Positions 36,773 to 64,000 of a stretch of 64,000 nt of DNA are shown piece after piece; positions within the stretch are counted from its first letter, which is position 1, and each line of letters opens with the position of its first letter. The DNA is from Salpingoeca rosetta. Its lineage: Eukaryota; Protista; Choanoflagellata. The notes under the pieces are model-generated. The model saw nothing but the letters and a program-made list of their open reading frames with translations, was not told the DNA's origin and did not search any database. Where the stretch lies: NCBI GenBank assembly GCA_033442325.1, contig JAWQFM010000009.1, forward strand, positions 1,343,672 to 1,407,671, given 5' to 3'. Both the position numbers and the translations under genes were made by a program.

Positions 36773-37788
36773 ATGCGCAGCAGCAGCGGTGACGGTGACG
36801 GCGACAGCAGACATGGGGAAGAGCAGCTGAGGGAAGAGGGAAGCAACAGGCAGGGCGGCGCAGGTGAAGGAGAGGACGAGACACACAGCAGGGCTGACGA
36901 TGGTGATGTTGACAGCGCGGAGGACAGCTCTGGCGATGACAATGGCAATGACAATGACAATGACAATGGCAATGGCAATGGCAATGGCAATGGCATGTCA
37001 AAAAGTACAACAGCAACAGCCGCCATGTACGATGACCTGCTGTTCTACGCAGAGCAGTTTGCGGCGTCGCAGTCCTTCTCCAAGGAAAAGCGGGCCGTGG
37101 TGCAGACGATCGCACACAAGCTGTGGGAGGCCTGCCTCTCAACGCCATTCAACAACGTCGACGAGACGGTCGCCTTGTTACGGGACCAGCTGATCAAACA
37201 CAGCGTGCACAGGCCGCCGTGGAGCGAAGGCATCCTCACATATTCGGACTGTCAGTGCGTCCTCGACTACTTTCTCAGAACCTTCTTCGCCCACTTCAAG
37301 CTCTACAAAATGGCATGCACGCGCCAAATCACCCTTGCTGCCACCGCCGACACGCAGCCTGACCCACCAGCCAAGACCCGCCGACCCCTTTCCCACGCCG
37401 TTGTACGACCGCCCAGCTCGCCCAAGCCCACCTCCGCACACAACAGGGTATGTCGTTTTAGGCTGGTGTCGCGTGTGTGTTTGGGTGTGTTGTTGTATTG
37501 TGGTGCTGTCGTGTGCGTGTCTGTGGTGTGTTGCTGTGTTGCTGTCGTGTGCGTGTCTGTGTTTGTGTATTGTGGTGCTGTTGTTGCGTGTGTGCTACTG
37601 TGTATTGTTGTTGTGTTACTCGATGCGACGGCTTTCAAAACTGCCGCTCTTGCGTGCTTATATCATACTCACATTCTCGTGTGCACGCATGATCTTTGCA
37701 GGAACGTCCCATCTCCCCAACAGAAACAACAGCGTCTTCGCAAGGACAAGAAGAACCACCAGCAACCACGCACCAAACAGTCGGCTGA
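36773..37788 (+). CDS. CFAP119: Cilia/flagella-associated protein 119 (CCDC189; central-pair C1a-32/CLAMP domain)
   Basis: Exons 36773-37447 and 37702-37788. Diagnostic segment FSKEK...STPFNNVDET...KHSVHRPPWSEGILT...DYFLRTFFAHFKLYK. Confidence 0.85.
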
Positions 37789-37867
37789 CGGTGCTCTTGT
37801 ACCGTTCTTGTGTCGACTGCTGGAATGTGTTGTACCGAGTTAACCGCTGCCTCAAGGGAAGAGGAGG

Positions 37868-37901
<34 letters not shown>

Positions 37902-38076
37902 TGTGTGTTTGTTTGTGTTTGAAATGGGCGTTGGCTGTCCATCTTTCGTTTTGCTGGGAGTGGCACGCTGGTGCTGTACATCGCGTGCTGATCCGTACAA
38001 GAAGCCATCAACTCTACATTACATCATCCGTTACACATCTGCTTCATCACATGAGAGGGAGAGAGAAAGAGAGTGT

Positions 38077-38124
<48 letters not shown>

Positions 38125-38607
38125 GCCGTTAGCAGACGTGTGTTGTGTATTGTAGAGACGAACACAAAACAGGACAGCGCACTCAAAATGCAACGGTGTG
38201 CGTTGGTGGGTTGTGTTGGGTCGCGTAGTCAATCAAACAAAGAGAGGGAGGAGTGACACAAAACATCAGGCAACGTGTGCGTGTGTGTGTGTTTTGTATG
38301 TGTGCGCGTGTGTGTGTTTTGTATGTGTGCGCGTGTGTGTTTTGTATGTGTGCGCGTGAGTCAAACGACAGTCAATTAAGTCAGAAGAAGGAGCGAACAT
38401 CAAACGAGTGCAGTGTCAGCAACATGGAGGAAGCGACAAAACAGGGGAAAAATAACAGTGTTGGTGGTTGCGCGTGGAGCAGAACGAGCGACAAGGAACC
38501 CATGCAAAGTGGCAAGAACAAGCCACATGTCACATGTTGTGCGAGTTAAGGTAGAAGAAGAAAAGAGGAAGCAACAACACAATTTAACGGTGTGTGTGCG
38601 TGTGAGT

Positions 38608-46439
<7,832 letters not shown>

Positions 46440-46449
46440 CCTCCGCCTC

Positions 46450-46500
46450 AAGAAGAAGAAGAAGAAGAAGAAGAAGAAGAAGAAGAAGAAGAAGAAGAAG
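46450..46500. repeat. (AAG)n tract; (CTT)n immediately 5' of the Cys-repeat gene start codon
   Basis: About 17 units ending roughly 10 nt before ATG 46439. Confidence 0.9.
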
Positions 46501-46765
46501 GTGAAGACAACACAAGACAAGACGAGGAAGCTTCAAGCGCAAGCTTCTCTTGTTGGTGTGTTGCTTGCTTGGTTTTTGTTGTGTGTTGTGTGCTGGCAGC
46601 GATGTCGCTGAAAAGTAGTTGTAGTGTCCAACAAATTTCTACAACACAAACAACAGTGCGAAACAAACAAACAAAACAACACCGCGGAACAACCAGCCAG
46701 TGATCAGCGTGTGCATCGGGGTGCAGTGACGACAAGGGTGTGTCTGTGTGCAAGTCATCAGCGTG

Positions 46766-48433
46766 ATGGCTGGCCCAGTTCTTGTTCGGCGCCTTCTTCT
46801 GTGTGTGGTGGTTGTTGTTGTTGCTGTGGTGGTGGTGGGTTGTGACACCTGTTTTGCGGGAAACACGCCCAAGAGCCCCGACCACGATCATCATCATCAT
46901 CATCAACAACAACGACAACAACAACGACAACAACACGATCGTCAGCAGGACCAGAAGCTGCCGTGGATCACGGCGTCTGGGGAGGATGCGCTGCTGCGCG
47001 ATGAGCAAGGGCGTGTTCGCGTGTTCCACGGCGTGAACCACGTGCAAAAGGCCTTTCCGTGGTACCCGCCCATCCTGCTCAACACCACCTACATCAAAGA
47101 GATGGCGTCGCTCGGCGTGAACGTCGTGCGCCTGGGGTTCATGTGGTCTGGCGCAGAGCCGAGCGAGGGGAACTTCAACATGACCTATTACCAAACCATC
47201 GACACCATTGTCGCGCAGCTGGCCAACCACAACATATACACCCTCCTGGATGTGCACCAGGACGGCTTCTCCTCAAAGTTCTGCCTGTACGACGGCATCC
47301 CACTGTGGGTGGCAAACCGCAGCGTTGCGCGGCGGCCGTTCCCCTGGCCCATGCAGGGCGGCTGCTCCTCCCGGCCCTGGGCGGCCAACGAGCTGACGGA
47401 GGCGTGCGGGCAGGCATACGACGACCTCTACCACAACGTCAGGGGCATGCGCGATGCCTTCATCAAGTTCTGGTCCTTCTCCGCAGACTACTTCAAGAAC
47501 AACTCCAACATCATTGGCTACGAGCTCATCAACGAACCGTTTGCGGGCGACGTGTACGCGAAGCCGGAGCTGTTCCTGCCCGGGGTGGCGGGCCGAGAGA
47601 ACCTGGCCCTGCTGTATGATGCCGTGGCACCGGCCATCCGCCAGCGAGATCAGCGCCACCTCATCTTCTACGAGCCCGTCACGTGGGGCATGGTCTTCAA
47701 CGGCAGCGTGGTTGGCTCCGGGTTCCAGCACGTGCCGGGTGGCGCTGCCCACGCCAACAAGAGCGTGTTTTCGTTCCACTACTACTGCTGGTTCTTTGAC
47801 ATCCCGGGCAACGCGAGCACGTGGCGCCGCGCCGCTTGCGATGACGCCCTTGGCCCGCAGGTCTTCAACGCCGTGCAGAGGGACGTGGGCTATCTTGGTG
47901 GCGCGTCGTTCCTAACGGAGTTTGCGGCGACCACGTGCGACCCGTCGTCGGGGGCCAGTGAGGAGTGCACGGCCGTGCTGGACCTGTGCGACGAGCACCT
48001 TGTGTCGTGGATCCACTGGCCGACAGACACGGACTACCCTGGCGGCGTTTACGACTGGGCAGCGTATGCGGCGCTGGGCCTCTCACGCCCTTACGCAGCT
48101 GCAGTCGCTGGCTTGGTGCAGTCTGTCTCGTTCAACAACGCCACGCGCACCTTCCACATGTGCATGCAGTTTACGGCTCTAACCCCGTCAGCCAAGACAG
48201 TTGTGCGCTACGACAAGACGCACATGTACGCGAGCGGCGTGTACATCCGCCCGAGCGGCGGCCTCTCTATTGCCACCGTCTCCGACCATGACGTTGTTCT
48301 CATCAGCCAGCAAACGCAGGGCAGCGGGTGTGTCACCCTCTCTCCTCCACCAGATAACGCACCCGATACAGCGGTGGCGGCAGCAACAACAGGAACAACA
48401 GGAACCAGAACAGGCGGCAAAGGTGCAGCTTGA
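46766..48433 (+). CDS. Endoglycoceramidase-like glycoside hydrolase family 5, intronless
   Basis: Signal/anchor sequence, then RVRVFHGVNHVQKAFPWYP, GVNVVRLGFMWSGAEP, LLDVHQD, GYELINEPFAGD (acid/base Glu), IFYEP, SFHYYC, FLTEF (nucleophile Glu), LSRPYAAAVAG and a C-terminal beta domain. Confidence 0.92.
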   Translation: MAGPVLVRRLLLCVVVVVVAVVVVGCDTCFAGNTPKSPDHDHHHHHQQQRQQQRQQHDRQQDQKLPWITASGEDALLRDEQGRVRVFHGVNHVQKAFPWYPPILLNTTYIKEMASLGVNVVRLGFMWSGAEPSEGNFNMTYYQTIDTIVAQLANHNIYTLLDVHQDGFSSKFCLYDGIPLWVANRSVARRPFPWPMQGGCSSRPWAANELTEACGQAYDDLYHNVRGMRDAFIKFWSFSADYFKNNSNIIGYELINEPFAGDVYAKPELFLPGVAGRENLALLYDAVAPAIRQRDQRHLIFYEPVTWGMVFNGSVVGSGFQHVPGGAAHANKSVFSFHYYCWFFDIPGNASTWRRAACDDALGPQVFNAVQRDVGYLGGASFLTEFAATTCDPSSGASEECTAVLDLCDEHLVSWIHWPTDTDYPGGVYDWAAYAALGLSRPYAAAVAGLVQSVSFNNATRTFHMCMQFTALTPSAKTVVRYDKTHMYASGVYIRPSGGLSIATVSDHDVVLISQQTQGSGCVTLSPPPDNAPDTAVAAATTGTTGTRTGGKGAA

Positions 48434-48779
48434 GGTGAGATTGAGTTGCGCGTGCGTGTGTGCGTGAAGCGGAAGCGAGCCTGTGATGACACAGGGACAC
48501 ACAGAGAGACAAGAACGCGGGGACGGCAGACGAGTGAGTCGATGCGTTGTGCAGAGGGTGCTTTCGTCAATGCCTTACTACATTACATTACATGAGTTTA
48601 TTGAGAACAACACTCCATGTGTGCATGCTGAGTTGAATTGAGATTTACGTTGGGTTGTTTATTTCTTCCTTCCGCGTCACGGTGACTGTGGCCGACAATG
48701 GTCAATCAATTCCAAACTCTTCTCCAATACATCTGCTCTGATCGTCCTTGTGAACATCACGGTCACGCAGCCCCGCAAT

Positions 48780-55794
<7,015 letters not shown>

Positions 55795-55892
55795 CTTGTT
55801 GTGGGGGGGGGGGGCGCGAACTTCAATAACTGCCTTTGTTCCTTTCTTCTTGCTTGCTTGCAGGCAACAATGCGACAGTTATTTCCGTGCTG

Positions 55893-55924
<32 letters not shown>

Positions 55925-56073
55925 ATGTGTGTGTGTGCATGTGTGTGTGTGTGTGTGTGTGTGTGTGGCATCACATCACACATCACACCGGCCGCAAACA
56001 ACCTGGCTTGCTTGTCTGGATCGTTTACATCATGTCACGTGAGCACGCTTCTGTCCATGCCAGCTTGCAACGA

Positions 56074-56922
56074 CTAATCACTGCCACCCTCGCCCCGGTC
56101 ACCCTGGTCTTCGTCGTCGCCGTCGTCGTCATCGTCTGGTGGCGGCACCAGCGTGTTGGCGTGAAGCATAATGTGATCATCCATAAACGTCTGCACAAAA
56201 AAGTGGCTGTGCTCATACCCATCCTGCACCCGCAACACCACCTGCAGTGTGCACGCGTGGTGGATGGTGTTGTGTGATGCATGTCATCAGCCGGAAAGTA
56301 TACCCTCACGCACACACTCACAGATGTATAAACACAGGCACAGATGTATAAACACAGGCACAGATGAATAAACACAGAGGATACCACAGACAGACACGCA
56401 CCACCATCACCACCACCACCACCACCACACACACACGTCATCACGAACCGAGATGAGCGGGTTTGTTGCGCTGGCCCGGACGAGCGCATCGGGCCTCAGC
56501 TGCTTGGTTTTGTAGAATAGATCATCCGAGCCCTAATGGCACGCGCATGCAGACAGAAGCAGGCACGCAGAGGCGTCAGTTCGGCAACGTTGCAGCCTTC
56601 TCATCCACACACACACACAGACACAGACACACAGACACAGACACAGACACACGAGCACACACCAACACAAGACCAGGAACGCATCGTCAACCTGGTCGAT
56701 GAGGATTGGCAATTCGGGTCCGATGTAGCCCTGCACTAGATGCACGGGATCCCACTGGTGCCACGCGGCCCTAATGTACAAACACACACACACACATGCA
56801 TACACGCATGCGTGGTAGACGTGATGATGAGCAACAGGTGTGCTGTTGAATGTATGGTGTGTGTGTGTGTGTGTGTTTCGCCAGCCGCAAGAGCCCGTGT
56901 GGTTGACTGGGGATGGCTGCGC

Positions 56923-57012
<90 letters not shown>

Positions 57013-57517
57013 GTGTGTGTGCGTGCGCGCGCGCGTGCGTGTGTGTGTATGTGCGTGCGTGTGTGTGCAGCGCTTACTTGTCATCTTCACCAAAGTATTG
57101 CGCAAACACGCGCTTGCCGACTGCCACGTCGCTGTTATGATCAAAGTGGCGCACGAGCGATGGGAAAGCGGGACGGAAGTTGGAAAACAGTGAGCTGGAC
57201 AAACCACAACAACAGCATAGCGTATGACGGGTGTGTGTGTGCATGCTTTGGGCATTGGTCGGGGTCGATCGGCAACAGAACCTCTTCCGTTACACACAAA
57301 CACACACACACACACACATTCACGCAGTGGTCTGACAGCTCGCTCAACAAACCTGGGGTTACAGATGGGAGCCAGAGCAGACACGCTGGCGTAGAGTTCG
57401 GGCCGCTTCAGTGCACACACGAGCGCACCTGTGATCAAGCAGCGCGGCAATGTTAACCTGGACATCCGCGCAAAACAGTGACCGATGCACACGTATACGG
57501 CCCGCTCACATTCACAT

Positions 57518-57570
<53 letters not shown>

Positions 57571-57711
57571 CACCGTGTCCACCCATGCCGTGGCCCATGA
57601 TGCTCTTGGCAGATGTGACATCAAAGCTCTGAGGGGTAGGTACGCGCAGATGGATGTGAGAAGGCGCAAGGCCAATCTGCGAATGAAGGCAAAATCATGT
57701 TGCAGCTGGTA

Positions 57712-57778
<67 letters not shown>

Positions 57779-58298
57779 CATGAAGACAATCGCAGTTGAG
57801 CCGCACGCAATCCATGCACAGCGACACAACTTTCTTCGCACCGATTCAATGAGGGCAGGGAGCTCTTCCGTCAGATAGGAAAACATGTTGAAGTGCATGG
57901 ACCAGTCCTCGTGGGTGGCATTGGCCACGAACGTGGCGCCTGGACAGCAATGTTTGCATGCGTGTGTACGTGTGTTTGTGTTTGATGAGATGATGGGCAC
58001 GTGTTAGTTACATATGTGTGTGTGTGTGTGTACATATTCACTGCAGCTGTGTTTCACCGAGCTCGTGGTAGGATCTACACGCATACAAACCTTCAAGCAG
58101 CTGTTGATTTGAGCCCTCATCGTGCATGGGTGTGTTTCTGGGTCCAGTATCTGCAGGACGTTGAAGGGCACGAAGAAGACCATGAACGCTGTCAAAAAAA
58201 GTACGAAGACCCACATGCCGCAAACAAACACACCCACACCCACACCCACACACCCACACCCACACACCCACACCCACACCCACACCCACACACACCCA

Positions 58299-58377
<79 letters not shown>

Positions 58378-58992
58378 AAAAACACACACACATACACGAT
58401 GTAGCTGCGCAGTGTTTCAACGTACCTGGAAACACCATGGCGATGCCGTGCTCTGTGCAGAACCGCTGTGCGCCAGTCTGCACATGGTTCAGGTACATGT
58501 GTGTGGGTGATGTCATGTACATGTATGTTTAAGAGTTCGTGGGTCAAGTCCCATCATGTGAGGAAATCAACGTTTATGATTGCGGCAGCAGCAAAGGGTT
58601 TGTGTGCTCTTGTACGATACCTCTTTTGCTGCTGTCAGGTGATCGCAGCCAATGTCTGACAGGTAGTACAGCACCGGCACTGACTCCTTTGTTGCCTGTG
58701 GAGCGTTGTTTCACGTCAGAAATGGAACCTCACATCTTCCACACGCACAAACACCGCAATCACAATCACCACAGACAGACAAACAGACAGACACGCATGC
58801 ACACACATGCACACACATACACACACACACACACACACTCGCTTTATTTGAGACACCATACCACCAAACCTGCTTGGGGAAGTAGATGGAGAAGGTCATG
58901 GTGCAGTGGAGGACCTCGCTGTGATGCGAGAACTGCTTCAACACCCCACCAAAGCACTTTTGTGCACTGCCAACCTCGCACAGCTCGCTCAT
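56074..58992 (-). CDS. S-formylglutathione hydrolase / esterase D homologue with nucleophile Ser replaced by Gly
   Basis: Spliced: [47 protein letters not shown]|[40 protein letters not shown]|[28 protein letters not shown]|[28 protein letters not shown]. Acidic tail, stop TAG at 56074-56076. Confidence 0.9.
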
Positions 58993-59084
58993 CGTTGTTG
59001 TTTTTGTTTGTGTGTGTGATTGGCAGCCAAAGTTGGGAAGAATGGGCATCACATCCACAAATTTCGACGGTGTGTGTGTGTGTG

Positions 59085-59134
<50 letters not shown>

Positions 59135-59432
59135 TGCGTGTGCATGAACTCAAAGTACATTTCTCCTCCTTACTCTCACTTCTCCACTTTGGTCAGTCTT
59201 CATTGGCAAACGTTCAACGCAATAGGACACGGTATGTTGTCACACCACTACAACATCAGACTCTCCACCGCCCTCATCCCCCCCCACACGCGCGCACGCA
59301 CACACACACACACACGCACACACACACGCGCACACATTAAGATCCCAACCAAACCCAGGGCAAGGCACGCCGTTCTTCTTCCTCATCCTCCTCCATCATC
59401 CCCATTCCCAGTGAGAACCTGTGCAATCTTCG

Positions 59433-61424
59433 TCAGACGGGTGAACAGGCGTCCAGAAACCCCGTGGCTTGCAGTGTCACCTGACCCAGGCGCAGAAGCA
59501 GCGCCATAGCCGCATGCACCAGAGCGATCAGGAACACCAAGGCCCCAATGAACAGGCACGCGCGTTCCAGTGGGGGCAGGGCGAGGAAGGTGTCCATGTC
59601 CATCATGTCAATGCCTTTGCTGCTACTGTTGCGATGCTTGCTGCTCTTGTTGTTGCTGCTCTTGTTTGCAGCCGCGTCTGTGAGCGCGTCCAAGGCGTCA
59701 ACAAACACGTCCTCTTCACCATCAGCGTCGCCGCCGTCGCTGTTGTTGCAATGCGTGTCATGCAGCGTGGGCGGCAGCGCAAGTATGGCATCGGTCCCAT
59801 CTGTGTCCAGGCGTCGGAAAGCGCCTTGATGTGCCGGCGCCTCCAGCCGCTCAAGTTGCGCCAGGACATCCAGTCCGACAAATGGACGCACGTCGTACGC
59901 TTTCACGTTGACCTTGCGCCGGTCATAGTGCATGAGCCACATCACAAGGGCAACCAGGTCAAGCAGCACCCACGTCGAGGGCGGGTCGCCCCGCAGCAGA
60001 AACGGGAACAGCCACGGCGTGTGTGGCGAGTTGGCGGCGCGCACGATGGACCAGAAGGTGATGTCGTCGTTCATCAGCACGCGCGCGTCACCGCCTTGCT
60101 CCAGCGTGAACGAATACCGCCACCGCTCGCGCCAGCGCGCTTCCAACTGCCCATGATGGCGGCGGTGCTCGTACTGGTGCGGCGCATATGCCCTGACGAG
60201 CGTGGCCATGTTTCCGTGTGTCCGACGAACGGCCGCGTAAAGCGGCGGCACCGTGTCGGCAGCAGCAACGCCAACCGGCAGCGTGTCCTTGCTGGCGTGG
60301 GTTGCAGGGCCAAGCGTGGTCCACATGGCTTCCACAAACGCCGCCACGGAGGGGTCGTCGACAGACAAGCGAGGCATGTTGGCTGCAGCCCTCATGGCCT
60401 GTGCGCGGTCGTGCTTGCTGAGAGCCGTGTATCTGTGGGCGAAGCTGCTGCACACTTCTCCAAGCACGCCCTGGGTCCACAGCTCACGCTCGCTGACGTG
60501 GGCTTTCCAGAGCGACAGCCTGCTCTGCGCGTCCGATTCCAGTGCAAACACGCCCAGCTTGCGCATAACGGACAGCACACCATCCCTGCCTATGCCGTCG
60601 TCGCCACCATCGCCATCATCGGTCTGGGCGCTGCCGCCAACATCAACTGTTGTCGTGGTCGCAGGAACGCCAATACGGCCCACGCGGCCGTCTCCACTGG
60701 AAGTGGGGTCGTTCTTGTGGTGGAAGCGGGGGCGGTAGCGGGGCCGCCGGTCGAACAGGTCACAGAGGTCGTCATGCAGGTCATCGTCTCGCGCGCTTGC
60801 TTCGCCTGTTGCTCTGCGCTCTGCGCGGCGGACCCTCAGGGGCCATGGCTCGATGCCGCCATCGTCTTCTCCATTGTCATCGCAACCGCGACGGGCGTCA
60901 CGCGTGTAAGGTGCACGCAGCACTGGCGACGACGCTGTTGGCCGCAGCTCCATGTCGAGATCATCCACGGCTCCGCTTGGCTGATCTGTCTGCTGCGATG
61001 CAAAGAACGCTGGCGATGAGCGCCCATCCGGCACAGGCGGGCGGCCGGCACGTGTGCGCCGCCGTCGTCGCGTCACCTCACCTCTGCCATCACCACCGCC
61101 ACTGCGCTTGTTGTCGTCATTGTTGTCGGCAGCGGCAACAGTGGATTGCTGTGCGCGGGCCGTTGATTTGCGATTGCGTTGTGGCTTTGGTTGTGGCGGT
61201 GACGGTGGCTGCACGCGAGGCTGCTGCTGCTGTCGCACGGGCCGTCGTGCCGGCTGCACTCCCTGGGCGCCTTCAGAGGAGTCTGCACATATGTGTATGT
61301 GAATGCGTTTATGCATGCATGTGTGTGTGTGTGAGCGAGAAAGTTTGTGCATATGTGCTTGTGCGAGAGAGAGTGTGTGTGTGAGTGTGTGTGCATGCAT
61401 GCATGCATGCATATCAAAGTTCAG

Positions 61425-61490
<66 letters not shown>

Positions 61491-61729
61491 ACGCAAAGGG
61501 TCTCACCGCTCGCATCATGCTCGCTGACAGGTGGTGGCTGCCTGGTCCACGGACGGCCGCGCGTGCGGTAGCGGGGGCGACCACGAGAGCGATCACGACG
61601 GCAGCGCTGCTGCTGTCGCTGTTGTTGGTGGTGGTCCGTTTCGTGCACCATGCATTCGTCGCAGAGGCAGAAGTTGTCGCAGCCGTTGTCGTTGCAGCAG
61701 CGGTCGTTGGTGGCGGCGTTGAAGGACAT
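59433..61729 (-). CDS. Hypothetical protein (orphan); start uncertain, may extend to upstream exons
   Basis: Exon about 61754-61507 (MSFNAATNDRCCNDNGCDNFCLCDECMVH...) splices in frame (G|AC) to a large exon about 61283-59433 with coding-like composition. Hydrophobic segment near the C-terminus. An in-frame candidate upstream exon lies at about 62252-62001. Confidence 0.6.
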
Positions 61730-64000
61730 GGTGGCGGTAGCGGTGGTCAAGGACTGTAGCAACCATGATCATGATGGTGGTGGTGGTGGTGGTGGTGGTG
61801 ATGATGTTGAAGGGGGTGTTGGGCCATGAAATGATGAGGAAGCACTTGCGTGGGCAGGAGACTATCCGGCAGACAGGAGACATGGTCACAGGCGGGCAAC
61901 AGGGTGGTACGGGTGGCGCAGTGCACGCGAAAAGGCGGTAGCCAACAGCAGATATGGATGCATGCGTGCATGCATACATGCACATGTGCGAGACCACATA
62001 CAAGAAGCGGGCAGAAGGGTTCGTCGAAGACTGAAGAGTGGAAACCGGGCAACAGAAACGAGAGCAGCGAGGGATTTGGTGGTGATCTGGACGTGCTGAC
62101 GTGTTGCTTGCTTGGATTGGACAGTGAGCAGGTGGAAGAGGAGAGGGGGGAGGACGGGTGTAGTCGGTTGCAGGTAGTGGCAGGACGGAGGCTGAGATGG
62201 TAATGTTGTTCAGGTGAACGTGTGGTTCTCGGGCGGACGAGGAGTGCTGGTGCTACAGAGAAAATGAACGACCGCACACACTAGCGTCCCTGAACAAAAG
62301 TAGCAGATGTGCACACACAGACACACATACGCACACACACACATGCAGCAAGAAAGCGATGGCGCGCACAACACAACACAGCACAACAGAGAAAGCGTGT
62401 GGGTGAGGTACCATGTGGCGCGAAAGGAAAAAAAAATGCTATTGGCGTGACACGGACGCAACGGTTTTGGGTGTTGGGGCCAATGAGGTTGGCGCGAATA
62501 CGGCGCGCCCAACCAAGCAACCAAGCAACCACGCAATCGAGCCACAAAGCAACAAGGTAACCAAGCAACCAAGTCCACAACACGAATACGCACGAATGCG
62601 TGGTTTGTGGTTGTGTTGTGTGGCGTGCGCAAAGACTGCAATCGTAGCACATACCGACTTGCTTGGCGACATCAGGTGGCTGGCAGTTGAGTGCATGTTG
62701 GTGCCAACGTGGTTCTTGAGAGCCATGATGAGCAAAATGCATGGCGGCGTGGCGTGTGCCTCGGCATCAACGAAAGCCAACCCGGTTGTGACTGCATGTG
62801 AAGGCGCAACTGCTCAGGCACAGACGCTTATGCTTTCGGGGCCTCCATACACCAAGTGAAGAGTCTCCATCAAATGGAAACAGGGTGTAGGAGGGAAGAA
62901 CTACTGTGTTGCAGCACGAGTGCTGCTGCAAACCAGCATGAGGTTGTTGAACGGTGGCACGAAGATTAAGGTTGAGGTGTTGAGAGGCGAGGATTGCTGC
63001 GCGCGCACGTGTATGTTGCGCGCTTGAGGGCATGGAGCTGCATGTTACGGGGTTCTGCTTCTCATTGTCTCATTGTCTCACTGCCTCGCTTTCTCGCTAT
63101 GCAAGGGGGGGGGAGGAAGGAAATGAGTATGGCATGTAATCACCGGTGTATGTGGCAAAACCCAACAGAAGTGTTTGTGATGAATCATGCATGTGCTTAC
63201 CGCTACGGGTGAGTGCTGGAGCCAGGCTGCACATGGTACAGCACACGTTACAGCATGTCCGCGAGTGTGCGCTTCTTGCTTGCTAGTTGCGACATCCAGG
63301 GCGTTTCCTTAGCGCACACTTGTAGCGAATGTTGATTTAGCTACCGTCATTGACCGCGAACCAGGCACACCTGAGATGTTCACGCCACAAACAAAGTGTG
63401 CGTGAGCACCGTGAGAACAGTACCGCAGCAAACGCCTGCATTACCACCAGCACACTAGCAGAGACAAGTGTGTGCGTGTGTGTGTGTGCGTGTGTGTGTA
63501 TGTGTGTGTGTGTGTATGTGTGTGTGTGTGTGTATGTGTGTGTGTGTGTGCGCGCATGTCCAGTTCCGAACTCCCAGCGCGTAAGCGAGACACAAACACA
63601 AAAACACACACACACACACACGAACACACACACACGCACACACATACGCACGAGCGAACCAGCGTCACTCACGTGGTCGGGCGTGTGGCAGCTAAGCGTA
63701 TGGGTGATCCCTGGCCACAAGCTTCACTCGGCGTTGTGCAGGCCACGCAGCGACACTGATGATGATGATGATGGCAGTCGTTCGTGAAGCAGTGTTGATT
63801 TGTTCGATGCAAGTTGGGAAGATTAAAGGGTGACGCCGACAATTTTCGGCACTGTGAGGACGACGATGCTTCGTGGTGTGTGCCATGTCTCGTCCTGCTT
63901 CAGCTTCAGCTTCAACAGTGGTGTGATTCGTGCGTGTCAAGGTCGGGTATCGACAGCGCAAGTGCTCCAGCCACGATTGCACTCGATCGTGTGTTCGTTG

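Noticed and set aside
58034-58074. Possible alternative exon in the esterase D homologue ([14 protein letters not shown])
   Set aside because: Phase-incompatible with the next exon and too close to the upstream exon. The upstream exon (DTGPR...) matches the family motif.

Overview
Gene-dense, intron-rich eukaryotic DNA. Almost every intron carries (CA)n/(GT)n/(AG)n microsatellites, and there is one 100-N scaffold gap. The style and gene content suggest a choanoflagellate such as Salpingoeca rosetta (inference, not verified). Manual splicing gives about 15 protein-coding genes: RasGEF (partial), an LRR protein, a TPR-like+RING E3 ligase, an ARM-repeat protein, a PhyH-family dioxygenase, a secreted G1/eqolisin-like glutamic peptidase, SNAPC4, an F-box-like+ankyrin protein, a LARGE/GT49 glycosyltransferase, CFAP119, a large Cys-repeat/mucin type I membrane protein with NPxY, a GH5 endoglycoceramidase, a GT-A-like + degenerate sulfotransferase fusion, an esterase D homologue lacking its catalytic Ser, and an orphan gene. 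Most of the supplied ORFs are microsatellite or antisense artefacts. No RNA genes, CRISPR arrays or transposons were recognised. The most interesting signals are two probable pseudo-enzymes, a G1-type protease, a local concentration of surface-glycan genes at 32.5-55.8 kb, a missing Myb exon in SNAPC4, and splice sites built directly from microsatellites. Exon boundaries were read by eye, and family calls come from motif recognition, not database searches.
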